Positions 9,816 to 19,264 of a stretch of DNA of 64,000 nucleotides are shown piece by piece. Source of the DNA: Candidatus Hydrothermales bacterium (GTDB lineage Bacteria; Hydrothermota; Hydrothermia; Hydrothermales; JAJRUZ01); the NCBI GenBank assembly GCA_039630575.1, contig JBCNUW010000006.1:1-64000 (forward strand), in the 5' to 3' direction. A program made the translations under genes and the position numbers. The notes below the pieces were generated by a model. The model saw nothing but the letters and a program-made list of their open reading frames with translations. It made no database searches and had not been told where the DNA came from. How positions within the stretch are numbered: position 1 is the first letter of the stretch; every line of letters starts with the position of its first letter.

Positions 9816-11365
9816 AGAGCATCATTTTCTTATTCTCTTCATTTTTAGCAGGTCTTTTCGTTGGTTATTTAATCTCAAAAAAAATTATAGAAACCATTCT
9901 TAAAAGAAAAAAGGAAGAAGCTAAATCCATAATAGATAAAGCCAAAAAAGAAGCTGATGAAATTCTGCTTAAAGCAAAAAGTGAAGCTGAAGATATAGCA
10001 AAAAGAGAAAGAGAAAAAGTTGATGTTCAGTATACAAAAGCAAGAAAAGAACTTGAGAAATTTAAAAAAGAATTACAAGAAAGAGAATACCAAATTGAAA
10101 GAAAAGCTGAACTCCTTCTTAGGAAAGAAGAGGAATTAAAAATAAGAGAAAAAGATATTTCTGAAAAAGAAAAATCTCTCAGAGCCAAAAATGAAAGAGC
10201 TGAACAGATTATTTCTGAAGAATTAAAAAAGCTGGAAGAAATTTCAGGTATGACCCGTGAACAAGCTAAAAAAGAACTTCTAAAAGTAATCGAGTCTGAA
10301 GCAAGACTTGAAAGTGCCCAACTTATACACAGAATAAGGGAGGAGGCAAAACATAATGCTCAAAAAGAAGCATCTAAAATCATAATTACAGCCATGCAGA
10401 GGATCGCCTCTCAGGTCTCCTCTGAATCTTCTGTATATGTGATTCCTCTCTCATCTGACGAAATGAAAGGAAGAATTATAGGAAGAGAGGGAAGAAACAT
10501 AAGAACATTTGAATCTCTAACAGGTGTAGAAGTTATTGTAGATGACACCCCTGGTGCTGTTATACTATCATCTTTCGATCCAGAAAGGAGAGAAATTGCA
10601 AGAATTTCTATGGAAAGATTAATATCAGATGGAAGAATTCATCCCGCTAGAATTGAAGAAGTGGTCAAAAGAACACAAGAAGAGTTCCATGAGTATATAA
10701 GAATTATAGGAGAGGAAACAATTCTTGAGTTAGGTTTAAGAGGGATGCATCCTGAACTTTTAAGGTATGTAGGGAGGTTGAAGTTTAGATCTTCCTTTGG
10801 ACAAAATCTTTTGCTTCACTCAAAGGAAGTAGCTCAACTTGCCGGGATGATAGCTGGTGAACTTGATCTGGATGCTGAAATTGCAAAAAGATCTGCTCTT
10901 TTACACGATATTGGCAAAGTGGCAGACCCTTCCTATGAGGGACCCCACGCACTTATAGGAGCACAAATAGTAAAAAGGTATGGAGAAAGTGACCTTGTGG
11001 CTAACGCGATTGCTTCACATCATGAAGATACTGAAGCTACATCACCTTATGGACCTATCGTTACAGTAGCTGATGCAATCTCTGGTTCAAGACCTGGTGC
11101 AAGAAGAGAATCTGTTGAAGCTTACATAAAAAGAATCGAAAAACTTGAAGAAATAGCCTCAGCTTTTAACGGAGTTGAAAAAGCCTATGCGTTACAGGCT
11201 GGAAGAGAATTAAGAATTATCGTTCAAGCCGATAGAATCTCAGATGCTGAAGCCTACGAACTTTCAAGAATAGTTGCAAAAAGAATCGAAGAAGAGGTAA
11301 AGTTTCCAGGCCAAATCAAAGTTACTGTTATAAGAGAGGTAAGAGCTGTCAGTTATGCAAGGTAA
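9812..11365 (+). CDS. rny: Ribonuclease Y
   Basis: N-terminal TM, coiled coil, KH (KGRIIGREGRNIR) and HD domain (LLHDIGK, SHH, DAISGSRPGAR). Confidence 0.98.
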   Translation: MKSIIFLFSSFLAGLFVGYLISKKIIETILKRKKEEAKSIIDKAKKEADEILLKAKSEAEDIAKREREKVDVQYTKARKELEKFKKELQEREYQIERKAELLLRKEEELKIREKDISEKEKSLRAKNERAEQIISEELKKLEEISGMTREQAKKELLKVIESEARLESAQLIHRIREEAKHNAQKEASKIIITAMQRIASQVSSESSVYVIPLSSDEMKGRIIGREGRNIRTFESLTGVEVIVDDTPGAVILSSFDPERREIARISMERLISDGRIHPARIEEVVKRTQEEFHEYIRIIGEETILELGLRGMHPELLRYVGRLKFRSSFGQNLLLHSKEVAQLAGMIAGELDLDAEIAKRSALLHDIGKVADPSYEGPHALIGAQIVKRYGESDLVANAIASHHEDTEATSPYGPIVTVADAISGSRPGARRESVEAYIKRIEKLEEIASAFNGVEKAYALQAGRELRIIVQADRISDAEAYELSRIVAKRIEEEVKFPGQIKVTVIREVRAVSYAR

Positions 11366-12542
11366 ATTTTTAAAAAAACGAAAATCAATCGAAGTTAAAA
11401 TTGGGAACCTCATCATAGGTGGAGGTAACTTACCTGTTATTCAGTCCATGACTGATACAAGGACCTCTGACATTGAAAGTACTGTTAATCAGATGATTGA
11501 ACTTGTTTTAAGTGGAAGTGAAATGGTTAGAATTACGGTAAATGATGAGAGCGCTGCTGCTTCTGTCCCTGAAATAGTGAAGATATTTAGAGAAAGGGGT
11601 TATCTTAATCCTGTTATTGGCGATTTTCACTTTAACGGACATATTCTTTTAAAAAAATATAGAAAAACTGCTGAATTGCTCGATAAATATCGTATCAATC
11701 CAGGAACGACTCTAAAAGAAGAAAATTTTAGAGAAATGATAAAAATAGCAATTGATTACGACAAACCTGTAAGAATTGGTGTAAATTGGGGTTCAGTTGA
11801 TAAATCTCTACTAACAAAAAACATGGAAATTAACTCTAAAAGAAAAAAACCCTATGATTTTAAAAGAGTTATACTTGATACAGCAGTTGAATCAGCTATT
11901 GTTTCTGCTCACAAAGCAATGGAACTTGGACTCAAGGAAAATAAAATTGTCCTGTCATGTAAAGTATCAGGAATAAATGAACTTATATATGTTTATAAAG
12001 AACTTGCGAGAAAGGTTAAATTTGCTCTACACCTTGGCTTAACTGAAGCTGGAAGCAATTTAAAAGGAATTGTGGCCTCTTCAATTGGAATTGGTGTGTT
12101 ATTATTACAGGGAATTGGGGATACTATAAGGGTATCTTTAACTCCATCTGTGGGAGAAAAAAGAAAAAAAGAAGTTGAAGTAGCCAAAGAAATACTTCAA
12201 TCTCTTGGTATTAAAACCTTCAAAGCTGAAGTAAGTTCCTGTCCAGGTTGCGGAAGAACTAAATCCTATTATTTTAGGGAAATTGCTCAAAATATAGCCT
12301 CTTATCTGGAGGAAAAGTCTCTTAAAGATGAAAGGTTTAAAAATTTAAAAGTTGCTGTAATGGGCTGTGTAGTAAATGGTCCTGGAGAATCAAGATTTGC
12401 TGATATTGGTCTTTCACTTCCAGGTATCGGTGAAAAAAAAGCCGCAATTTATGTTAAAGGAAATTTTAAAAGAACGGTAGAAATTGAAAGAGCAGAGGAA
12501 GAACTCAAAAGTGAAATTGAAGAGTATATAAAAAAAATTTAA
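11355..12542 (+). CDS. ispG: HMBPP synthase (MEP pathway)
   Basis: QSMT, RINPG, LHLGLTEAG, GIGDTIRVSL, CPGCGRT, MGCVVNGPGE. Confidence 0.97.
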   Translation: MQGKFLKKRKSIEVKIGNLIIGGGNLPVIQSMTDTRTSDIESTVNQMIELVLSGSEMVRITVNDESAAASVPEIVKIFRERGYLNPVIGDFHFNGHILLKKYRKTAELLDKYRINPGTTLKEENFREMIKIAIDYDKPVRIGVNWGSVDKSLLTKNMEINSKRKKPYDFKRVILDTAVESAIVSAHKAMELGLKENKIVLSCKVSGINELIYVYKELARKVKFALHLGLTEAGSNLKGIVASSIGIGVLLLQGIGDTIRVSLTPSVGEKRKKEVEVAKEILQSLGIKTFKAEVSSCPGCGRTKSYYFREIAQNIASYLEEKSLKDERFKNLKVAVMGCVVNGPGESRFADIGLSLPGIGEKKAAIYVKGNFKRTVEIERAEEELKSEIEEYIKKI

Positions 12543-12565
12543 TAATTTCTTAAAAGGAGGATATA

Positions 12566-15523
12566 ATGATTAAAAGCGTTTTTATAGTCCTTATAACTCA
12601 GATTGGTCCAACTTTTGGTTTAAGGGAAAACCCTCCAAGAACTTATGCCCTTGTGAATGCTAAAATTTTTGTTAATTCAGATGTTGTTATTGAAGACGGT
12701 AAGGTGATTATAAGAGATGGAATTATTGAGGATGTTGGAAGAGATATAAAAATCCCAAACGATGCTCAAATAATTGATCTAAAGGGCAAATGGATTTATC
12801 CAGGTTTTATTGAACCTTACTTTGTATATAAGAGGGAAATAAAGGATAAAAGTGCCCAAAATATTTCATATCATCAGACATCTTCAAAAACTGAGAAACC
12901 AAAAATGGGAACCTATTACTGGAATAAAAATGTAAATCCTCAGGTAGATATGGCAGATTTGTATTCACCAGATGAAAAATTGATTAAAAGTTATATCTCA
13001 AACGGATTTACTTTAGCTCTTGTTGTTCCCGAGAAAGGAATTTTTAAGGGAAAAAGTGCACTCTTTTCTCTTTTAAATGAGGAACCAAGTTTAACTCTCT
13101 TAAAGAAGAATGTTTTTGAGCACGTAAGCTTTGAAGATAAAATTTCTTCAGAGGATTACCCTAAATCTCTAATGGGGGTAATTGCTTTAATAAGGCAGGT
13201 TCTTTATGATGTGAGATGGCACAAACAAATTTGGGATTACTATCAAAAAAATAAAAAAATAAAAAAACCTGAATTTATAGAAAATCTTAAAGATCTAGAA
13301 GATTTACTTAATAGGAGAAGAAAGGTTATTTTTGAAACAAGTGACGATCTTTTTATCTACAGAGCAAAAAAGATAGCTGATGAGTTTAATATCGATTTTA
13401 CTGTTCTTGGATCAGGATACGAATATAGACAGATTGAACTTCTTAAGTCTTTTAAAAATCCAATTATTATACCTTTAAAGTTTGAGGAAGATCTTAAATT
13501 TGAAACACCCGAGGAGGCTATAAATGTTCCTTTAAGTAAATTAATACATTATAAATACAGTTATTATAATCCCTTTTTACTTTATAAAAATAAAATTGAT
13601 TTTGCCTTTACCACCTTTGGATTAGAAAGTCCTTATAAATTTATGGAAAACCTTAAAAATATAATAGCAAAGGGATTTCCAGAAAGATATGCTCTTAAAG
13701 CACTTACAGAAATACCTGCAAAACTTATAGGTGTTTTCGATAAAGTTGGCTCAATAGAAAAAGGAAAACTTGCTCATCTTTTTATTTCTGATGGAAATAT
13801 TTTTAAAAATGGTAAAATTTATGAAGTTTTTATTGATGGTAGAAGGATCATTATAAAAAGAGAATATCCTAATTTAAGTGGAAAATGGGAATTTTCTGCA
13901 AATGTAGAAGGTAAAGAAATTAAAGGAATATTTGAATTAAGGGGCAAGGAGGATAAATATACAGGATCACTTTTGATTGACGATAAAAAAATAAATATTG
14001 ACAAAATAAAGTTATATTTGAATCATGTATCTTTTGTCTTTAATGGTAAAGAGTTAGGTTATGAGGGCTTTTTGAATTTAACTGGTAAGATTGAAGAGCA
14101 TAGGATAACTGGCCAGGGAACTTTACCAAAGGGTCAGATTTTTAATTACTCACTAAATTTGAAGGAGGATTTCAAAGAAGAGAAAAAGGATGAGTATACA
14201 GAAAAATTTGAAATTGAGTCTTTACCTTTTTTCCCGCCTTCAGCTTATGGCTATTATAAATTACCTGAGATGTATAACTATATACTTGTAAAAGATGGAG
14301 TATTATGGACTGCAAGTGAAATGGGAATCCTTCAAGAGTTTGATATTTTAATAGAAAAGGGTATTATCAAAAAAATTGCAGAGGAAATTAAACCACCTCC
14401 CGATGCTGTTATAATAGATGCAAAAGATAAACATATTACTCCTGGGATTATTGATCCCCATTCTCATATTGCAGTTAGCGGTGACATAAATGAAACAGGA
14501 GATTTAATTAGTTCAGAAGTAAGAATTGAGGATGTTTTAGATCCTTATGATATTGATATATACAGGGTATTATCAGGAGGAGTGACGACTGTAGCTACAC
14601 TGCATGGGTCGGCAAATCCTATTGGTGGACAATGTGCTGTAATTAAGTTAAAATGGGGAGTTAAAAGTCCTGACGATCTTTTATATAAAAAGGCAAGACC
14701 AATCTTAAAGTTTGCTCTTGGTGAGAATCCAAAACAGTCTGGCTTTGGACAAGAAAATAGGAGATATCCTAAAACAAGAATGGGTGTAAGAGAAATTATA
14801 AGAGATAATTTCCTTGCAGCGAATGACTATGAGAAAAAAATAATAACTTCAAAAGAACCAGTAAGAAAAGATCTTGAAAAAGAAGCAATACTTGAAGTTA
14901 TTAAAAACGAGAGACTAGCCTGGGTTCATGCCTATAGACAAGATGAAATTTTAATGTTTGTAGATCTCTGTAAGGAGTTTAATATTAAAGATGTATGTTT
15001 TCAACACACTCTTGAAGGCTATAAAATAGCAGAAAAAATTAAAGAAGCTAATTTTAAAGTTACAACCTTCTCAGATTGGTGGGCCTATAAATTTGAAGTA
15101 TATGATGCAATACCTTATGGAGCCTATCTGATGAATAAAGTAGGTATCCTTACCTCATTGCACTCAGATTTTCCAGAGGTTGCAAGAAGGTTAAATACTG
15201 AAGCAGCAAAAATAGTAAAATATGGGGGGCTTTCTCCTCACGATGCTATAAAACTTATTACAATTAATCCAGCTAAGCAACTCGGTATAGATAAGTATGT
15301 TGGCTCACTTGAAGAAGGTAAAGAAGCCGATTTTGTGATATGGGATGGAGACCCTCTTTCATCTTTAAGTAAAGTCATTTCAGTTTATATTGAAGGAAGG
15401 AAATTTTTTGATAGAGAGATGGATAAAATCCTCAAGAAAAGAGATGACAGTTTAAAGTTGGAACTTGTTAATCAATATTTAAATAAAAAGCTTAAGACAA
15501 AACACAAGGGGGATCAGAGATGA
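12566..15523 (+). CDS. Secreted tandem amidohydrolase-domain protein
   Basis: Two amidohydrolase units (PGFIEPY... degenerate; PGIIDPHSH intact), GSIEKGK and GSLEEGKEAD tails, central beta-rich linker. Confidence 0.85.
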   Translation: MIKSVFIVLITQIGPTFGLRENPPRTYALVNAKIFVNSDVVIEDGKVIIRDGIIEDVGRDIKIPNDAQIIDLKGKWIYPGFIEPYFVYKREIKDKSAQNISYHQTSSKTEKPKMGTYYWNKNVNPQVDMADLYSPDEKLIKSYISNGFTLALVVPEKGIFKGKSALFSLLNEEPSLTLLKKNVFEHVSFEDKISSEDYPKSLMGVIALIRQVLYDVRWHKQIWDYYQKNKKIKKPEFIENLKDLEDLLNRRRKVIFETSDDLFIYRAKKIADEFNIDFTVLGSGYEYRQIELLKSFKNPIIIPLKFEEDLKFETPEEAINVPLSKLIHYKYSYYNPFLLYKNKIDFAFTTFGLESPYKFMENLKNIIAKGFPERYALKALTEIPAKLIGVFDKVGSIEKGKLAHLFISDGNIFKNGKIYEVFIDGRRIIIKREYPNLSGKWEFSANVEGKEIKGIFELRGKEDKYTGSLLIDDKKINIDKIKLYLNHVSFVFNGKELGYEGFLNLTGKIEEHRITGQGTLPKGQIFNYSLNLKEDFKEEKKDEYTEKFEIESLPFFPPSAYGYYKLPEMYNYILVKDGVLWTASEMGILQEFDILIEKGIIKKIAEEIKPPPDAVIIDAKDKHITPGIIDPHSHIAVSGDINETGDLISSEVRIEDVLDPYDIDIYRVLSGGVTTVATLHGSANPIGGQCAVIKLKWGVKSPDDLLYKKARPILKFALGENPKQSGFGQENRRYPKTRMGVREIIRDNFLAANDYEKKIITSKEPVRKDLEKEAILEVIKNERLAWVHAYRQDEILMFVDLCKEFNIKDVCFQHTLEGYKIAEKIKEANFKVTTFSDWWAYKFEVYDAIPYGAYLMNKVGILTSLHSDFPEVARRLNTEAAKIVKYGGLSPHDAIKLITINPAKQLGIDKYVGSLEEGKEADFVIWDGDPLSSLSKVISVYIEGRKFFDREMDKILKKRDDSLKLELVNQYLNKKLKTKHKGDQR

Positions 15524-16833
15524 AAAAATTTTATATTAACATTTTAGCCCTTTTAACACTATATGCAAATTTACAGATACCTTCTGAACCCCAAAAAGGA
15601 TATCTTGCCCTTATAAACGCTACAATTCATACAATAAAAGAAGGTGATATAGCTAGTGGTTCTATCTTGATAAAAGATGGAAAAATAATTGAAGTTGGAA
15701 AAAACATAAAGATCCCTGAAAGTGCTTTTGTTATTGATTTAGATGGAAAGCATGTTTACCCAGGATTTATTGATGCAAATTCAATACTTGGACTTTTAGA
15801 GATATCAGCTGTTGAAGCAACTCTTGACTATGCTGAAGTTGGAGATTTTAACCCAAATGTAAAAGCCTTTGTGGCCATTAATCCCGACAGCGAACTTATA
15901 CCTGTTTCAAGGTCAAACGGAATCCTTATCGTTAATGTTGTTCCACAGGGAGGTATTATTACTGGCACTTCTTCAGTTATAATGCTTGATGGGTGGAGTT
16001 TAGAAGATATGATTTTAAAATCTAATTCAGGAATTTACCTAAAATGGCCCTCAAAAAAAGAATTTTCTCAAAGGTTTTATTTAAGACCAAAATCTGAGGA
16101 AGAGCTTGAAAAGGAATATGAAGACAATTTAAAAAAGATCAGGGAATTTTTTGATAATTCCTATGCCTATTTGAGATTAAAAAATTCAGATAGATTATAT
16201 GAAAGTGACGAAAGATTTGAGGCAATGATTCCACTTTTAAAAGGTGAAGTCCCTTTGTTCATATACGCTGATGAGTATTTTCAAATAAGAGATATTTTAG
16301 ATTTTTTTTCAAAACTTCCGAATATAAAAGTTGTTATTGTAGGAGGATATGATTCATGGAGATTTTCCGAAGAATTAAAAAAGAGAAATATTCCTGTAGT
16401 GATAACAGGTATTCACATTAACCCATTTAGAGAGGATGAAGGTTATGATGAACCCTTTTTGTTACCTTACAGGCTTTACAAAAGTGGAGTTAAGTTTTGT
16501 ATAGCAAATTCAGCAAGTCCTTTTGCAGCTGCAAATGCGAGGAACCTTCCCTATAAAGTAGCAACAGCCTGCGCTTTCGGTTTACCCATTGAGGAAGGTA
16601 TAAAATCTATAACACTTTATCCTGCTGAAATTCTCGGTATATCCGATAAAGTAGGTTCAATAGAAAAAGGAAAAGATGCAACACTTATAGTTACAGATGG
16701 AAACCCACTCGATATAAGAACAAACATTTTTTATGCATTTATTCAAGGGAAAAAAATTGATCTTGAAAATAAACAAACCTTGCTTTTTAAAAAATATCTA
16801 AAAAAGTATAAAAGTAAAGGTTTATTGGATTAA
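15520..16833 (+). CDS. Secreted amidohydrolase-family protein
   Basis: Signal peptide, HVYPGFIDAN, GSIEKGKDATL; ATGA overlap with the upstream gene. Confidence 0.85.
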   Translation: MKKFYINILALLTLYANLQIPSEPQKGYLALINATIHTIKEGDIASGSILIKDGKIIEVGKNIKIPESAFVIDLDGKHVYPGFIDANSILGLLEISAVEATLDYAEVGDFNPNVKAFVAINPDSELIPVSRSNGILIVNVVPQGGIITGTSSVIMLDGWSLEDMILKSNSGIYLKWPSKKEFSQRFYLRPKSEEELEKEYEDNLKKIREFFDNSYAYLRLKNSDRLYESDERFEAMIPLLKGEVPLFIYADEYFQIRDILDFFSKLPNIKVVIVGGYDSWRFSEELKKRNIPVVITGIHINPFREDEGYDEPFLLPYRLYKSGVKFCIANSASPFAAANARNLPYKVATACAFGLPIEEGIKSITLYPAEILGISDKVGSIEKGKDATLIVTDGNPLDIRTNIFYAFIQGKKIDLENKQTLLFKKYLKKYKSKGLLD

Positions 16834-16836
16834 AAG

Positions 16837-18192
16837 TTATTTTTTTCTCTTCAAAGAAACAAAAATTCCTATAAGAGAAAGAAACGTTAGTAATAAAAAG
16901 GACACCTTTATGCTTTTTAAAAGTAAATTTAAATTAATTTCACTTATATTTTTCCCCCCTATAAAAGAACTAAGGATAAAAGTCACTATTGCTAAGCTAA
17001 ATAGATGTCCCAAAACTCTCATTGTTGCAATCATAGAAGCAGAGATACTGTAAAATCTTCTGTCAACTGAGCTCATAACAGAATTTATATTAGGTGGAGC
17101 AAAAATACCAATACCTAAACCCAGAAGAATAAGATTAATTAAAATAAATGAAGTTTTCGTTGAGTTTTCAAGTAATGTAAAAAGTACTAATGAGATAAAA
17201 GTAATAAACATACCAAAAGAAGCAACAAGACCAGGATTGATCTTATCCGATATTCTTCCAGAAAAAGGAGAAACTAAGACCATAACAATAGGTTGAAATA
17301 AAAGAATTATTCCTGTTTCTCTTGGGTTTATACCCTTTATGTATTGAAGATAAAGACTTAAAAGCAAATTTACCCCGGATGTAGAGGTGTAGTTTATAAA
17401 GGTTGCAAGGTTTGAAAAGTAAAAAACAGGATTTTTTTTAAATAAGTCGATTTCAAGTAGTGGTGCTTTTATTTTATTTTCAAAATTTATGAATAAAATT
17501 AGACCAAAAACTCCAATTAAAAAGTATAAAATTCCGTAACTGTATTTAATCGTAGAGAATCCATACACAAGAGCTATCAAAGAAAAAGCGTATATTAAAA
17601 AGCCCGAAAAATCAAATTTTTCATTTTTAAAAGTTTTAAAATTCTTTTCTAAGGTTAATATAAGATATATAGCTGTTATAAATGAAAAAATTGAATTAAA
17701 AATAAAAAGACTCCTCAATACAAATTCCTTTGTCAATATTCCACCGAGTAAAGGACCCAAAGAAAGTCCAGTATATATAGAGGCAGAATTTATACCGAAA
17801 GCTTTACCTCTCTCAGATGGTGAAAATATTTCTGTTAAGATTGAAAGACCCATACCGAAAATCATGGCGGAGCCTATACCTGGGATCAATCTAAAAAATA
17901 TTATCAAAGAAGGTATCGAAGAAATAGATATAAAAAAAGAAGATAACGAATGTGTTAAAAGTCCTATTAGAAAGATTTTTCTTTTTCCATAAATGTCGCC
18001 TATCTTACCAAAGGGCAAAAGAAATATCGATAATGAAAGGAGATGAGATGTTGCTATCCATGACAAGGTTTTGGCTGATAAATTTAAATTTTTACCCATA
18101 TCAGGCAAAACAACATTTATGCTTGAATTTAGAAAAGGTGTAATGAAAGAAGACATACAAGCAACTAGGAGTATTGAAATTTTGCGCTTCAT
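16837..18192 (-). CDS. MFS transporter, DHA2 (EmrB/QacA-like)
   Basis: GKIGDIYGKRK motif A, ERGKAFG, GPLLGG; many TM helices. Confidence 0.9.
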   Translation of the reverse strand: MKRKISILLVACMSSFITPFLNSSINVVLPDMGKNLNLSAKTLSWIATSHLLSLSIFLLPFGKIGDIYGKRKIFLIGLLTHSLSSFFISISSIPSLIIFFRLIPGIGSAMIFGMGLSILTEIFSPSERGKAFGINSASIYTGLSLGPLLGGILTKEFVLRSLFIFNSIFSFITAIYLILTLEKNFKTFKNEKFDFSGFLIYAFSLIALVYGFSTIKYSYGILYFLIGVFGLILFINFENKIKAPLLEIDLFKKNPVFYFSNLATFINYTSTSGVNLLLSLYLQYIKGINPRETGIILLFQPIVMVLVSPFSGRISDKINPGLVASFGMFITFISLVLFTLLENSTKTSFILINLILLGLGIGIFAPPNINSVMSSVDRRFYSISASMIATMRVLGHLFSLAIVTFILSSFIGGKNISEINLNLLLKSIKVSFLLLTFLSLIGIFVSLKRKK

Positions 18193-18212
18193 TAAGAAAT
18201 TATAAAAAAAAA

Positions 18213-19010
18213 TTAAAAGAGTTTAAAAATGTTTGATATTCCAAGAATAATTATAATTAAACCTGTTGCAAATTTTAGACTTTTTTCAGGTGCTTTTTTT
18301 ACAAATAAAGCAGAAAAAGGAACAGAAAGGAGGCTGCCAACAAGTAAAGGAATTATCAATTTAAAATTAATATTTCTTCCCATTATGGCATAAATAGAAA
18401 AAGATACAAAAGATATAAATCCCTCAGCAAAGGAGGTTGTTCCTATTGAGCTTTTTACATTGCGACCAGAAATAATTTGACCACCAGCAACAAGAGGTCC
18501 ATACCCACCTGCTGATATCCCTTTGTTAAATCCACTTAAAAGAGAAATAAAAATAAAAGTTTTCCACTTAAAGGTTATATTTCTGTTTAAATTTATAATG
18601 ATGTATGCTCCTATTCCAGTTACCATTATGGCAATATAAAAAGTTACAATTTCTTTAGGTAAATTGATAGAAATTGAAGATGAAATTATGGCTCCTATTA
18701 CACCAAATATAACAAGAAAATAACTCACTTTTGCATCCTCTGATTTTGGAATATAACCAAGCCCAGAAAGCCTTTTTAAAACTACTTCATCTTTCCTAAA
18801 ATCAAATCTTACATTACCAAATATATGATGAAACAAACCAGCTAAAATTCCTGTAATAAACTCTGAAAAAAGAATACAAGGGACAATAACCTTGGGTGAA
18901 AAACCAAGCAAAATTAAAAAAGGTGTTAAAGATGTGCCATATCCCATACCTATTGCACTATCAATAAATTCAAAAAAGAAGGAACTAAATATTAAAATTA
19001 ACATGTTCAT
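18213..19010 (-). CDS. Sulfite exporter TauE/SafE family membrane protein
   Basis: IDSAIGMGYGT and GISAGGYGP motifs; about 8 TM helices. Confidence 0.85.
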   Translation of the reverse strand: MNMLILIFSSFFFEFIDSAIGMGYGTSLTPFLILLGFSPKVIVPCILFSEFITGILAGLFHHIFGNVRFDFRKDEVVLKRLSGLGYIPKSEDAKVSYFLVIFGVIGAIISSSISINLPKEIVTFYIAIMVTGIGAYIIINLNRNITFKWKTFIFISLLSGFNKGISAGGYGPLVAGGQIISGRNVKSSIGTTSFAEGFISFVSFSIYAIMGRNINFKLIIPLLVGSLLSVPFSALFVKKAPEKSLKFATGLIIIILGISNIFKLF

Positions 19011-19042
19011 ACTCTAATTATACTCTAATTGTAGCCTAATTG
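19010..19042. repeat. Three tandem 11-bp direct repeats overlapping the promoter (operator-like)
   Basis: TACTCTAATTA / TACTCTAATTG / TAGCCTAATTG at 19010, 19021 and 19032. Confidence 0.75.
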
Positions 19043-19046
19043 TCAA
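19017..19046 (-). promoter_or_regulatory. Consensus sigma70 promoter directly upstream of the tauE-like start (leaderless)
   Basis: Minus strand reads TTGACA-18-TATAAT-6-ATG. Confidence 0.75.
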
Positions 19047-19054
19047 TATAAGAT

Positions 19055-19264
19055 TCAGAGATACCCCAATTTTTTAAGTTTTTCTTTTATTTTATTGATT
19101 TCCTCCTTAGTGAAATCTTCTTGGTATTCTTCCTTTGCTGATGCCAAATCTCTGAGAACATAAACAATAAATTCATTAACACTTGAAAATCCAGTCCCTT
19201 CAATTATTTTTTTTAGTTTGTGATATAAAGGTCTAGGAATTTTTATTGTTACCTTATCTTTCAT
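19055..19264 (-). CDS. Ribbon-helix-helix (CopG-like) regulator
   Basis: VTIKIP strand, GFSSVNEFIVYVLR helix, C-terminal KEKLKKLGYL. Confidence 0.85.
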   Translation of the reverse strand: MKDKVTIKIPRPLYHKLKKIIEGTGFSSVNEFIVYVLRDLASAKEEYQEDFTKEEINKIKEKLKKLGYL

